A stretch of DNA of 64,000 nucleotides from Mustelus asterias (Eukaryota), in assembly GCF_964213995.1 (NCBI RefSeq), contig NW_027590135.1, positions 248,001 through 312,000 on the forward strand, written 5' to 3'. Under the pieces are notes generated by a model, which ran no database searches, had not been told where the DNA came from, and saw only the letters and a list, made by a program, of their open reading frames with translations. Position 1 is the stretch's first letter, and the number at the start of each line of letters is the position of its first letter. The translations under genes and the position numbers were made by a program. Below are positions 11,750 to 25,635 of this stretch, piece after piece.

Positions 11750-14000
11750 ACTTTTAATTCCCAGTCTCAATCTCTCAGGAGCTTATGTTCACTTTACCCT
11801 TGTTATATATTTAAAGAAACTCTTTCTGATTCTTTTTATATTACTTGTTCATTTACGTTTGTCATTCATCTTCTCCCACGTTAGTATTTTTTTGGTCATC
11901 ATTTGTTGGTTTTAGAAACTTCCCCAATGCTCTGTCTTATCACGAATATATGAAACATCCTATGTTCTTCTTTCAGTTTAATGCAATCTTAACTTCCTCG
12001 GTTAACCATGGTTGATTTATTCCCTTTCAGAATCCTTGTTCATCACTGGTATATATCTTTGTTGTGAGTCAAAAACTATTTTCATAACGTATGTCATTGC
12101 TGAGCGATCGTCTTTTCTGCTAATCATCTTTTGCAGTCCAGCCAACTCTGTTCTCATTCTTTTGTAATTACCCATATTTAAGTTGAGCACAGTTGCTTCT
12201 GACGCAAGTTTGCACTCCAGAACTGAATGCTGAACTCCACCATGTTAAGGTCACTGTTTCCCAGCGGAGCTTTTACTCTGACTCTTTATGAAAGCTGTCT
12301 CATTATACATTACAATCTTTCAAACTGGCCTGGTTTCTGCTTGGATCCACAAAATATTCTTCATGGAAACTGTGCCGAATGCACTCTGAATTCTTCCTCA
12401 TGGCTACCTCTGCAAACTTGATTGTCCGAATCCACAGGAAGATTAAAGTCAGCCATGATTAATATACTGCCTTTTCCTTCATATCCTCGTTATCTCCTGA
12501 TTCATTCCCCACCCTACAGTATATCTACTGCCAGGGGCCGACAGACTACTCCCACCAGTATCTTCCCCTTGTTATTTTTTCCTTCACCCTTATGGATTCT
12601 ACGTTTTCTGACCCAAGATCATTTCTTGCTGTTGTCCTTATTCCATCTCCTATTAACAAAGCTCCCCCAACACACTTTCCTTCCTGCCTGTCCTTAAACA
12701 GAGTCACATACCTCTGAATATATTGTCACCAGCTTTGATCTCCTTGTAATCTCTGTCATGGCAAGAAGATTTTAGCTCATTTTGTGTCATTTGTTTATTG
12801 GTTCACTGTACATTTTGTGCCAAATTACAACTTTCATTTACATAAAGTGCCATTAATTTTGCCCTTTTCCCATTTTTCTTCCCTTTGCCTCTATTTTCAG
12901 CTATTTTCTTTTGCTGTATGTACACAGTGTCCCTTCCTGTCACACTCTGGGCATCATTACCAAAAGAGCTGTCTTGCAATGCTGCCATATCTTCTTGCTT
13001 AGTTAGCCTACATATCCCTCCCCAGAACCACCACACCATTCCCCTTGCCCCTTTTTGATTAAAGCTCTTTCCACTTACCTAATTATGCAGTTTGCAAGAA
13101 CACTGGCCCCAGCATGGTTCAGATGTAGGCCGTCCCAACTGTACAGCTCCCCCTTTCCCCAGTATTGAAACCAGTGCCCACGAACCGAAACCCACTTCTC
13201 CCACATCAGTCTTTCAACCACGAAATCATCTCTCTAATTTGATGTATCCTTTGTCAATTTGCATAAGGTGCAGGCAATTATCCAGTGATTATAACTTCGG
13301 AGGTTCTGTTGTTTAATTTAGTGCCAAGCTCCTCAAACTCTCCATGCAGAACCTCTTCCCTCATTCTACCTGAATGATTGGTTGCCATGTGGACCACGGC
13401 AAAGGGACTTTCCTCCTCCCACTGCAAGTTCCTCTCCAGCCAGGAGCAGTTGTCCTGAATCCTGCCACCCATCCCAGGCAGGCAACACAGCCACTTGGAT
13501 TCTCGCTCCTTGCTGCAGAGAACAATGTCACTTCCCCTCACTATAGTGTCCACTCATTCTAATGTGCTTCCCTCACTTGAATGGCATCCTGTACCACAGT
13601 GCCAAGGTCAGTCAGCTCATTCACCCTGCAGCCCCCACTCTCATCCAAAGCTGAAAGATGCTCAAAGTTATTGGACAGTTGCAGAGGCTACCATAGTTGC
13701 CCTCTGAGTCCCCTTATCTGCCTCAGCTGCAGTCACTCCCTCCTGTCCCTGACCACTTTTCAAACCTGAAGATTCTATCACTACCTGTCAGGATCCATCC
13801 CTTGCCAATTTAGTTTAAATCCATCCCAACAGCACGAACAAAGCTCCCCGTGAGGATGGTGGTCCCCTTCCTGTTCAGATGTAATCTGTCCAACTTGTAC
13901 AGGTCCCAGCTCAGCCAGAGATGGTCCCAATGCCCCAAGAATCTAAAACCCTCCCTGCTATATAATCTCTCCAGCCATGCAGTCATCTGCTCCACCTATT
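11750..14000 (-). mobile_element. Old CR1 LINE with ORF1 esterase and ORF2 remnants
   Basis: DTIVRGSD..CCLPG..VVHMATN (13278-13553) and GFRFLGHWD..LYKLDRLHLN (13810-13995), SGNH-type ORF1 motifs. Confidence 0.75.
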
Positions 14001-14104
14001 CTCATTCATGTATTTCCCCTGAAGGTGCTGACTCTGACTGGGTTCAGTTCTACACTCACTGGTCCCTCTCGCTCCTCCCCTGAAGGTGATGTCTCTGGGT
14101 GGAT

Positions 14105-17100
14105 TCATAGAAACATAGAAAAACTACAGCACAAAACAGGCCCTTCGGCCCCACAAGTTGTGCCGAACATATCCCTACCTTTTAGGCCTATCTATAACCC
14201 TCCATCCTATTAAGTCCCATGTACTCATCCAGGAGTCTCTTAAAATACCCTATTGAGTTTGCCTCCACCACCACTGACGGCAGCCGATTCCACTCGCCCA
14301 CCACCCTCTGTGTGAAAAACTTCCCCCGAACATTTCCCCTGTACCTTAAACCTGTGTCCTCTCGTAGCAGCCATTTCCACCCTGGGAAAAAGCCTCTGAG
14401 AGTCCACCCGATCTGTGCCTCTCAACATCTTATATACCTCTGTTAGGTCTCCTCTCATCCTACGTCTCTCCAAGGAGAAAAGACCGAGCTCCCTCAGCCT
14501 ATCCTCATAAGGCATGCCACTCAATCCAGGCAACATCCTTGTAAATCTCCTCTGCACCCTTTCGATCTTTTCCACATCCTTCCTGCAATGAGGCGACCAG
14601 AACTGAGCACAGTACTCCAAGAGGGTCTTATATAGCTGCATCATTAACCCCGGACTCCTAAACTCAATCCCCCAATTGATATAGGCCAGCACACCATACG
14701 CCTTCTTAACCACCTCCTCCACCTGCGGGGCTGATTTTAGAGCCCTATGGACCCGGACCCCAAGGTCCTTCTGATCCTCTACAGTACTAAGAGTCTTTCC
14801 CTTTATATTGTACTCCTTCATCCCATTTGACCTGCCAAAATGGACCACTACGCATTTATCTGGGTTGAAGTCAATCTGCCACTTGTCCGCCCAGTCTTGC
14901 ATCCTATCAATGTCCCTCTGTAACTTCTGACATCTCTCCAGACTATCCACAACCCCACCAACCTTCGTGTCGTCGGCAAACTTACCAACCCATCCCTCCA
15001 CTTCCTCATCCAGGTCATTTATGAAAATGAGAAACAGCAAGGGTCCCAGAACAGATCCCTGGGGCACACCACTGGTGACCGACCTCCATTTAGAAAAAGA
15101 CCCATCTATACACACTCTCTGCCTCCTTTGGGCAAGCCAGTTCTGGATCCACAGGGCAGCAGCCCCTTGGATGCCATGCCCCCTCACTTTTTCTAGAAGC
15201 CTTGCAAGGGGGACCTTATCGAACGCCTTGCTAAAATCCATATAAACCACATCTGCCGCTTTCCCTTCGTCAATGTGTTTAGTCACATTTTTGAAGAACT
15301 CCACCAGGCTCGTAAGGCACGATCTGCCTTTGACAAAGCCATGCTGAGTAGTCTTGAGCATACTAAACCTCTCTAAATGCTCATAAATCTTGTCCCTCAG
15401 GATCTTCTCCATCAGCTTACCGACCACTGAGGTTAGAATCACCGGTCAGTAATTTCCTGGGCTATCCCTATTCCTCTTCTTGAAAATAGGAACCACATCC
15501 GCAATCCTCCGGCACCTCTCCCGTCTCCATCGACGACGCAAAGATCATCGCCAAAGGCTCTGCAATCTCTTCCCTCGTCTCCCACAGTAACCTGGGCTAC
15601 ATCCCATCCGGACCCGGCGACTTAACTATCTTGATGCCATTCAAAGATTCCAGCACAACCTTAGATCATAGATCATAGAATCTTTTTGTTAAAGCCCACA
15701 TACTCAATCTTTTCAGTCCACCGCACGCCCGCAGTACATCCACCCAGGTCCGTCTCCTCTGTGAAAACCGATGCAAAATACTCAGGAAGCACCTCCCCCA
15801 TTTCTACTGGTTCCGTACAGATTTTCCCACCTTCACCATTTATAGGCCCTATTCCTTCACGTCTCATCCTTTTACTCTTCACATATTTATAGAGAACGCC
15901 TTAGGGTTTTCCTTAATCCTACCTGCCAAGGCCTTCTCGTGACCCCTTCTGGCTCTCCTAATTTCCTTCTTTAGTCCCTTCCTACAAGCCATATACTCTT
16001 CTAAATCCCTATCTTCGCCAAGCTCTCTGAATCTTTTGTACGCTTTCCTTTTCTTCTCGACTCGGTCCCGCATAGCTTTCGTGCACCACGGTTCCTTTAA
16101 CCTACAAACTCCTCCCTGTCTGCTCAGAACGTTGTCCTGTAGAACTCTAGACAGACATTCCTTGAAAAACTGCCACCTCTCTTCAGTACATTTCCCCGAG
16201 AATACCTCCTTTCAATTTACTCCACGTATTTGCTGCCTTATGTCTTCATATTCCCCCTTACTCCATATAAACGCTTTCCTAGCTTGCCTGATCCTCTCTT
16301 TTTCCAATGCAAGCATAAAGGAGATAGAGTTATAATCGCTATCCCCAAGATGCTCTCCCACTGAGAGATCTGACACCTGTCCAGGTTCATTAGACCATAA
16401 GACCATAAGACATAGGAGCGGAAGTAAGGCCATTCGGCCCATCGAGTCCACTCCACCATTCAATCATGGTTGATTTCAACTCCATTTACCCGCTCTCTCC
16501 CCATAGCCCTTAATTCCTCGAGAAATCAAGAATTTATCAATTTCTGTCTTGAAGACGCTCAACGTCTCGGCCTCCACAGCCCTCTGTGGCAATGAATTCC
16601 ACAGACCCACCACTCTCTGGCTGAAGAAATTTCTCCTCATCTCTGTTCTAAAGTGACTCCCTTTTATTCTAAGGCTGTGCCCCCGCGTCCTAGTCTCCCC
16701 TGTTAATGGAAACAACTTCCCTACGTCCATCCTATCTAAGCCGTTCATTATCTTGTAAGTTTCTATCAGATCTCCCCTCAACCTCCTAAACTCCAATGAA
16801 TATAATCCCACGATCCTCAGACGTTCATCGTATGTCAGGCCTACCATTCCTGGGATCATCCGTGTGAATCTCCGCTGGACCCGCTCCAGTGCCAGTATGT
16901 CCTTCCTGAGGTGTGGGGCCCAAAATTGCTCACAGTACTCCAAATGGGGCCTAACCAGTGCTTTATAAAGCCTCAGAAGTACATCCCTGCTTTTGTATTC
17001 CAAGCCTCTTGAGATAAATGACAACATTACATTTGCTTTCTTAATTACGGACTCAACCTGCAAGTTTACCTTTAGAGAATCCTGGACTAGGACTCCCAAG

Positions 17101-19150
17101 TCCCTTTGCACTTTAGCATTATGAATTTTGTCACCGTTTAGAAAATAGTCCATGCCTCTATTCTTTTTTCATTGGTCAGTATCAGATCAAGTACAGCCTC
17201 TCCTCTTGTCGGATTGTCCACATGCTGTGTCAGGAAACCCTCCTGAACACACCTAACGAACTCTTCCCCATTCAATCCCCTTACCCTCAGGATATTCCAA
17301 TGTATGTTTGGGAAATTAAAGTCTCCCATCACAACAACTCTGCTATTATTGCAACTCTCCAGGATCTGTTTCCCTGTCGGGCTCCTCCACCTCCCTGTTA
17401 CAATTGGGCGGCCTATAGAAAACTCCCAGCAAAGTGATCGACCCCGTCCCACTCCGAACCTCCACCCACAGAGACTCTGTAGACAATCCCTCCACAGCAT
17501 ACACCTTCTCTGCAGCTGTGACACTATCCCTGATCAGCAGTGCCACTCCACCCCCTCTCTTGCCTCCCTCCCTGTCCTTCCTGAAACATCTGAATCCCGG
17601 CACCTGGAGTATCCAGTCCTGTCCCCGAGACATCCAAGTCTCCGTAATGGCCCTCCACATCACACTTCCAGGCATCGATCCACGCTCTGAGCTCATCCCC
17701 TTTATTCACTATACTCCTGGCATTAAAGTAAACACATCTCAATCCTTTGGTCTGAGCTCTCCCCTTCTCTATCCCCCGTCCATCCTCCCTCTTGCACCGT
17801 CTATAACCCTTCTCTGTTTGCGAGCTAACTTCCCCGCTCCCAGTCACCTTGTCTCAATCCTCTCCCCCCAACCTATCTAGTTTAAACTCTCCCCAGTAGC
17901 CTTAGCCAACCTTCCCACCAGGATATTGGTCCCCCTGGGATTCAAGTGCCACCCGTTTTGTGTGTACAGGTCACACCTGCCCCTAAAGAGGTCCCAATGG
18001 TCCAGGAACCTGAATCCCTGCCCCCTGCACCAGTCCCTCAGCCACACATTCATCCTCCACCTCACTCCATTCCTGCCCTCACCTTCCTGTGGCACAGGCA
18101 GCAATCCTGAGATTACTACCTTTGCTTTCCTCCTTCTCAGCTGTCTCCCTAATTCCCTATACTCTCTTTTCATGACCCCCTTCCCCCTTCCTTCCCACAT
18201 CAGCGGTACCAACATGTACCGCTACCTCTGGCTCCTCTCCCTTCCCCCTCAGGATTTCTGGGAGTCGACCAGCGACATCCTGGATCCCGGCCCCAGGAGG
18301 CAAACCACCATCCGAGACTCCCGCCTGCCTCCGCAAAAACGCCTGTCTGACCCCCTTACTGTTGAGTCCCCGATTAACACTGCCTTCATCCTCTTTTCCT
18401 TAGCCCTCTGAGTTACAGGGCCGGACTCCACTCCGAAGACACGGCCACTGCTGCTTCCCCCAGGCGGGCTGTCCCCCCCAGCAGTACTCAGGCAGGAGTA
18501 CTTGTTGTGTAGGGGCACATCCACTGGGGTGCTCTCAATCATCCGAGCTTTACCCTTCCTGGCCCTCACCCACTTGCCCTCCACCCGTGGCCCTGGTGTG
18601 ACCACCTGATGATAGCTCTTGTCTATCACCTCCTCATTCTCCCTTAACAGCCTAAGATCCTTGAGCTGCAGTTCCAGCTCCTTAACACAGTCCCTCAGGA
18701 ACCACAGCTCGACACACCCCTCACAGATGTGGATGTCCGGGAGGCCAGGTGCCTCCAGGACCTCCCAAATCCGACACCAAGAACAACGCACTCGCTTCAC
18801 ACTCATATTTGACCCTTTATACCAAAGTACACAGAAAAGTAAATAAGAATTAAAACTCACTCCTGCTCGCCCTGTCCCCCGAAGCCCTGTGAGCCAAAGC
18901 GCTTATAGCTCACACTCTGCTTCCCAATCACTCCCCTGCCCGCTCCCGACGCTGCCCGCTGCATACTGCAGCCTACCTTTTGTACTTTGCGCGCTTAAAA
19001 AACCCTTCCCAGACTCCTTAGCAGCCCACTTCCGATTTTCAGTTTAAAATTAAGAAAAATAGTACTCAAAATAAAGGCCAAAAAACACACTAACTAACAA
19101 AATAAATAATTAAATAAATCTCTCACCAGCACTCCTGCCACAAATCACTC
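14105..19150 (-). mobile_element. Near full-length CR1 LINE (5' UTR, ORF1 Zn-finger/esterase, ORF2 APE-RT), frameshifted, with nested insertions
   Basis: ORF1 pieces at 18249-18860 and 17877-18215 (CSWC, GDSTVRG, GFRFLDHW). APE motifs YFNARSI, GVFYRPP, GDFNFP. RT at 14240-15442 ([28 protein letters not shown]). Confidence 0.93.
16392..17167 (-). mobile_element. Truncated CR1 nested within CR1
   Basis: ORF 16476-17153 and a (TCTTATGG)n tail. Target-site duplication (TSD) TTCATT at 16386-16391 and 17168-17173; removing the insert restores LILTNEPG of the host. Confidence 0.9.
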
Positions 19151-19196
19151 CCTCTCTGCTTGCTCCAGTGGAACAATGAGCAAAAGAAACCCTACT

Positions 19197-19231
19197 GGGC
19201 TCGTCCGGGATTTGAACCCGGGACTTCTCGC
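19197..19231 (-). pseudogene. tRNA-Pro 3' half (fragment)
   Basis: The minus strand reads GCGAGAAGTCCCGGGTTCAAATCCCGGACGAGCCC, one mismatch from the canonical tRNA-Pro 3' half, followed by TTTCTTTT. The 5' half was not found. Confidence 0.8.
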
Positions 19232-20463
19232 GTTTTAATGCTCGTTCCACAAATTCTGGTTCCTTTCTCTCACACATAGAAAAATGTTGCCTGGTCTTGA
19301 GGGTGTTGACTCTGAGGAGAGGTTGAATAAATGCGGATTGTTTTGACTGAAAAGACAGAGGCTGACGGGAGACCTTATAGAGGTGTACAAAATTGTGAGA
19401 GGCACAGACGGGGTGGATAATCAAAGGCTTTCTCCCAGGGTGGAAGTGTCAATTACAAGGGGCACATGTTCAAGGTGGGAGGGGGAAAGTTTAAGGGAGA
19501 TGTGTGGGGGAGAATTTTCATGCGGAGTGGTGGATGCATGGAACATGCTGCCACAGGAGGTGGTGGAAGCAGGCACATGAACAACATGTAAGAGACATCT
19601 GGATTGGTCCATGAATAGGGAGGGAACAGAGAGATACGGACTAAGTCAGGTTTTTTAAGTCTAGTTCGGGCATCATTTCGATACAGGCTTGGAGGGCCGA
19701 AGGGTCTGTTCTTGCGCTGCACTTTTCTTTGTTTTCTTTAAACAGTGAATAGAAGCAAGAGTCGGCCATTCGGCCCATTGAGCCTGCTCTACCATTCATT
19801 ATGATCATCTCTGATCAAATTCTCTTTCCTGATCCCACCTTCCACCCATATCCCTTAATCCCTTTAGCCCCAAGTGCTACATTTAATTCCTTCTTGACAT
19901 CACACATTTTGGCCTCAACTATTTTCTGCATTCGCGATTTCCACAGATTCACCACTCTCTGGTGGAGAAATTTCTCCTCACCTCGGTCTTAAAAGTTTAC
20001 CCTTTATCCTTACACAAAGGATATCGGTAACATTCTTCCTGAATCTACCCTTTCTAGTCCTGTTAGAATTTTATAAGTTCCTATGAGACCCCTCTCAATC
20101 TTCTAAACTCCAGTGAACATAATCCTAACTAACTTCATCTTTCTTCATATGACACTTGCCATCCCAGGAAGCAACCTGGGGAACCTTCGCTGCACTCCCC
20201 CTGTAGCAAGGACATCCTTCCTCAGATAAGGACACCAAAACTGCACACAATACTCCAGGTGTGGCCTCATCATTGCCCTATACAACTGCAGTAAAACATC
20301 CCTCTTCTTCGACACAAATCCCCTCCCTCTCAAGGCCAACGTAACATTTGCCGTCTTTTTGTCTCTGTACCTATGCACTTACTTTCAGGGACTGAACAAA
20401 GAAGAGTACAGCACAGGAACAGGCCCTCTCACCCACCAAGTCTGTGCCGACGCAGATGCCTCT

Positions 20464-20698
20464 TGTAATGACTTCAATCAGGCCATTGAGGTTGGCCGAT
20501 TGGAGAATGAACTCCCTGAATAAGGATCCAATTGATGGGCCAATCAGTGAGTCTTTGCCTTGTACTTAACTGGGAGTGTCAATTCCTCTAACACCCCTGG
20601 AGGTAGACTGCTAACTGTAAGCACTCGGTGTACTGCTGTTAGAGGTGTAAATAAGGGCATTTTGATGAAGGAACTTCTGCCTCCGCAGACTTATTACA
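20464..20698 (+). mobile_element. Solo LTR, 235 bp
   Basis: TGTAAT...ATTACA termini, 5-bp TSD CCTCT (20459-20463 and 20699-20703), internal CCAAT box and AATAAG. Confidence 0.8.
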
Positions 20699-21137
20699 CC
20701 TCTCTAATCTAATATTTTCTTGCCTCGATGTGGTCCATATCCCTCTGTTCCCTGCTGATTCATGTATCTATCCAGATGCCTCTTGAACGTTGTTACAGAA
20801 TCTGCTTCCACTACTTCCTCTGACAGCACGTTCCGGGCATTCACCACTCTCTGTCTGAAAAACTTGCTCCTTACATCTCTTTTAAACTTTCCCTCTCACC
20901 TTTGTCTCGAGTTATTGACCGCTCGACCCTGGGAAAAAGACTCTGACAATCCACTCTATCCAACCCTGTCATAATCTTGTAAACCTCTCTCAGGTCCCCC
21001 CTCGTCCTCTGATGCTCCAAAGAAAACAATCCACGTTTGTTCAACCTTCTTCATAGTCTGTATCCTCCAAACCAGGCAACATCCTGGAAAATCTCTTCTG
21101 CACCCTTTCCAATGTATCAACATTCTTCTGGAAGTGT

Positions 21138-21169
<32 letters not shown>

Positions 21170-21680
21170 TGGCCTAACCAAAGTCTTATGCATTAAGACT
21201 TGATTGTACTGACTGATGCACAAGGACACCGAGGTCTCGCTGAGTATCCACCTTCATCAATTTACACCCATTCAAATAATAATCTGCCTTCCTATTTTTG
21301 CTACTGAAGTGAATAATGAAGTGGTCACCGCATATTTATCCACATTATACTACATCTGCCATGCAGATGCCCACGCACTCAGCCTGTCCAAATCGCGCTG
21401 AAGGATCTCTCCATGCTGCTCACAGCTCACCCTCCCACCCAATATTGTATCATCTACATATTTGGAGATAATACATTTAGTTCCCACGTCCAAATCATTA
21501 ATATATAATATGAACAGTTGGGGTCCTAGCGCTGATCCCTGCGGTCCTCCACTAATCACTGCCTTCCAATTGGAAAAAGACCCATTTATGCCATGTTTTT
21601 ACTTCCTGTCTGTTAATCAGCTTTCTATCCATCTCAAGACGCTACCCACAATCCCATGTACTTTACCTTTACATAGTAGA

Positions 21681-21967
21681 GGGGCGGCACAATGGTTACT
21701 ACTGCTGTCTCACAGCGCCAAGGACCCAGGTTCGATTCCCGGCTTGGGTCACTGTCTGTGTGGAGTCTGCACGTTCCCTCCGTGTCTGTGTGTGTTTCCT
21801 CTGGGTACTCCAGTTCCTCCCACAGTCTGAAAGACGTGCTGGTTCGGTGCATTGGTCATGCTAAATTCTCCCTCAGTCTACCTGAACAGCCGCCGGAGTA
21901 TGGCGACGAGGGGATTTTCACAATAACTTCATTGCAGTGTTAATGTAAACCTACTAACAAACAAACT
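21681..21967 (+). mobile_element. V-SINE with alternative 3' tail
   Basis: GGGGCGGCAC head, B box GGTTCGATTCC, V-domain-like core and tail CTTCATTGCAGTGTTAATGTAAAC. Confidence 0.8.
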
Positions 21968-22287
21968 GTAACCTTTAACAATTAAAAACATTAGGAGCGA
22001 CCCTGTCGAAAATCTTCTGAAATTCTAAAGAAACAACATCCACCGGTTCTTCCTGGTCAACTCAACCAGTTACATCCTCGAAGAATTCCAGTAGTTTTAT
22101 CAAGCATGATTTCCCTTTTGTAAATCCATGCTGACTTTATCTGATCATAACACTGCTTTCCAAACGCTTGGTAATGGGCTCGAGCAGCTGCCCTACGACT
22201 GACGTTCGGCTGACTGGTCATTGGTTCCCTCTTTCCTCTCTACCTCTGTTTTTGAATACAGGGTTTAGATTAGTTACCTCTCTATCC

Positions 22288-22537
22288 CTTGAAGGTGCTG
22301 TCTCTGGTTGGGTTCAGTTCTACACTCACTGGTTCCTCTCTCCTGAAGGTGCTGACTCTGGCTGGGTTCTGTTCTGCACTCACTGGTTCCTCTCTCCTGA
22401 AGGTGCTGTCTCTGGTTGGGTTCAGTTCTACACTCACTGGTTCCTCTCTCCTGAAGGTGCTGACTCTGGCTGGGTTCTGTTCTGCACTCACTGGTTCCTC
22501 TCTACTGAAGGTGCTGTCTCTGGTTGGGTTCTGTTCA
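22288..22537 (+). repeat. 54-bp tandem repeat (about 4.5 copies, alternating A/B variants); related copy at 14018-14105
   Basis: Unit GAAGGTGCTG(T/A)CTCTGG(T/C)TGGGTTC(A/T)GTTCT(A/G)CACTCACTGGTTCCTCTCTCCT. Confidence 0.93.
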
Positions 22538-24199
22538 GACACTGGAAATCTGCAATAAAAGCAGAAAAGAAAGCTCAGCCGATTGGGCAGCATCTGTTTC
22601 GAGAGAGAAACAGAGTTAGTTTTTCAGGTTTGTGACCTTTCATCAGAACTTGAAAACAGAAACTGGGAAGAGGAGTCGGCCATTCAACCCTTCGTGTCTG
22701 TTCCATCATTCAATGTGATCATGGCTGATCCTCTATCTCAATTCCATATTCTGTTTTTCCCAATACCCCTTGATGCCATTAAAATCTAAAAACAATCTCG
22801 CTCTCCTTCTTGAACCGATGCAGTGACTTGGTCTCCACAGCTTCTTTGGCCGAGAATTCCATAGGTTCACCACCCTCTGAGTGAAGAAATTTCCCCTCAT
22901 CTCATTCCTAAATGGTGTTCCCCGTATCCTAAGACTGAGCCCCCTTGTTCAACATTCAAAGAAAATTACTGCACAGGAACAGGCCCTTCAGCCCTCCAAG
23001 CCTGCACCGACCATGCTGCCCGACTGAACTAAAACCCCCTACCCTTCCGGGACCATATCCCTCTATTCCCATCCTATTCATGTAGTTGTCAAGACGCCCC
23101 TTAAAAGTCACGACCGTATCCACTTCCACTACCTCCCCTGGCAACGAGTTCCAGGCACCCACTACTCTGTGTAAAAAATCTGCCTCGTACATCTTCTTTA
23201 AACCTTGCCCCTGGCACCTTCAACCTGTGCCCCCTAGTAATTGACTCTTCCACCCTGGGAAAAAGCTTCTGACTATCCACTCTGTCCATGCCTCTCATTA
23301 TCTGGTAGACATCTATCAGGTCGCCACTCAACCTCCGTTGCTCCAGTGAGAACAAACCAAGTTTCTCCAACCTCTCCTCATAGCTAATGCCCTCCATACC
23401 AAGCAACATCCTGGTAAATCTTTTCTGTACCCTCTCCAAAGCCTCTACATCCTTCTGGTAATGTGGCGACCAGAATTGAACACTATATTCCAAGCGCGGC
23501 CTAACTCAGGTTCTATAAAGCTGCAACATGGCTTGCCAATTTTTAAACTCAATGCCCCGGCCGATGAAGGCAAGCATGCCGTATGCCTCCTTGACTACCT
23601 TCTCCACCTGCATTGCCACTTTCAGTGACCTGTATGCCTGTACACCCAGATCTCTTTGCCTATCAGTACTCTGAAGTGTTCTGCCATTTACTGTATATTT
23701 CCTAACTGTATTAGACCTTCCAAAATGCATTACCTCACATTTATCCGGATTAAACTCCATCTGCCATCTCTCTGCCCAAGTCTCCAACTGATCTACATCC
23801 TGCTGAATCCTCTGATGATCCTCATCGCTATCCGGAAATCCACCAACCTTTGTGTCGTCTGCAAACGTACAAATCAAACCAGTTACATTTTCCTCCAAAT
23901 CATTTATATATATTACAAACAGCAACAGTCCCAGCACTGATCCTTGAGGAACGCCACTTGTCACAGCCCTCCATTCAGAAACACACCATTCCACTGCTAC
24001 CCTCTGTTTTCTGTGACCAAGCCAGTTTTGTATCCACGTAGCCAGCTCACATCTGATCCCATGCAACTTCACCTTCTGCACCAGTCTGCCATGAGGGACC
24101 TTGTCAAAGGCCTTGCTGAAGTCCATGTATACAACATCCACTGCCCTACCCTGATCAATCATCGTTGTTACTTCCTCGAAAAACTCGATCAAGTTCGTG

Positions 24200-24425
24200 A
24201 GCACTGCTCCTTTGTCAGATGGAGTGGAAATCTGCTCTCAAACAAATGGAAATCCATTTTGAGAGCACTGTTTGAGAGCAGATTTCCACTCCATCCGACA
24301 AAGGAGCAGCGCTCTGAAAGCTAATGGTATTTGCAACCAAATAAACCTGTTGGACTTTCACCTGGTGTTGTTAAAACTCTTACTGTGTTTACCCCAGTCC
24401 AACGCCGGCATCTCCACATCATGAC
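24200..24425 (+). mobile_element. Penelope-like pLTR fragment with 5' fold-back and degenerate hammerhead
   Basis: Inverted arms of about 45 bp, CCGACAAAGGAGCAGCGCTCTGAAAGCTAATGG, and the common tail CCCCAGTCCAACGCCGGCATCTCCACATCATG. Confidence 0.8.
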
Positions 24426-25635
24426 GTCCCCTGTAGCCAGTGAGGATACAAAGATTTCCCTCAAGTACCCAGCAATTTCCTCCCTTGCCTCTCTCAGTAT
24501 TCTGGGGTATATCCCATCAGGCCCTAGGGACTTGTCTACCTTAATGTTTCTCAAGAACCTGAATACTTCCTCCTTTTTGATATCAACATGGCTCAAACTA
24601 TCGACACATCCTTTCCCAGACTCATCATCCACCAAGTCCTTATCTTTGGTGAATACTGACGCAACGTACTCATTGAATACCTCACCCATTTGCTCTGGCT
24701 CCACGCATAGATTCCCTCCCTTGTCCTTGAGTGGGCCCACCCTCTCCCTGGCTACCTTCTTGCTCTTTACATATGTATAAAAAGCCTTGGGATTTTCCTT
24801 AATCCTGCTGGCCAATGCTATTACGTGACCCCTTTTAGCCCTCCTTACTCCTTGCTTCAGTTTCTTTCTACTTTCCTTGTATTCCACACTTGCTTCGTGT
24901 GTTCCCGGCCTCCTAGCTTTGACAAATGCTTCCTTTTTCTCTTTGACTAGGCTCACAATATCTCTCGTTATCCAAGGTTCCCAAAACTTGCCATACTTAT
25001 CCTTCATCCTTACAGGAATGTGCCGGTCCTGAATCCCTATCAACTTACATTTGAAAGCCTCCCACATGCCAGATATTGATTTGCCTTCAAACATCTGCCC
25101 CCAATCTACATTCTTCAGTTCCTGCCTAATATTGTTGTAATTAGCCTTCCCCCAATTTAGCACCTTAACTTGAGGACTACACTTATCTTTATCCATCAGT
25201 ACCTTAAAGCTGACTGAATTGTGGTCACTGTTCCCGAACTCCTCCCCTACTGAAACATCAACCACCTGGCTTGGCTCATTCCTCAATACCAGGTCCAGTA
25301 TGGCCACTTCCCTAGTTGGACTATCGACATATTGTTTCAAGAAGCCCTCCTGGATGCTCCTTACAAACTCTGCCCCATCCACGCACCTAGCATTAAGTGA
25401 GTCCCAATCAATATATGGGAAGTTAAAATCTCCCACCACAACAACCCTGTTACTTTTACACCTTTCCAAAATCTGCCGACATCTCTGTTCTTCTATCTCC
25501 CGCTGGCGTTGGGTGGCCAATAGTAAACCCCCAACATTATGAATACACCTTTCCTATTCCTGAGCTCTACCCATATTGCCTCGCTGTATGAGCCCTCTGA
25601 GGTGACCTCCCGGAGTACAGCTGCGATATTCTCCT

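Larger units (their letters stand above)
19285..22270. mobile_element. Cluster of CR1 fragments (19285-19740 +; 19750-20395 -; 20395-21200 -; 21215-22270 -)
   Basis: RPHLEYCVQFW, PQGSALGP..INDL..YVDDT and WNMLP motifs, plus CR1 3' tails. Confidence 0.82.

Noticed and set aside
14240-15442. RT ORFs as a retron, DGR or novel RT system
   Set aside because: The motifs, the APE and esterase partners, the 3' microsatellite tails and the 5' truncation are all typical of CR1 and Rex1 LINEs.
15661-15682. ATCATAG repeat inside CR1 ORF2
   Set aside because: Most likely a tail-only retroposon insertion; too short to interpret.
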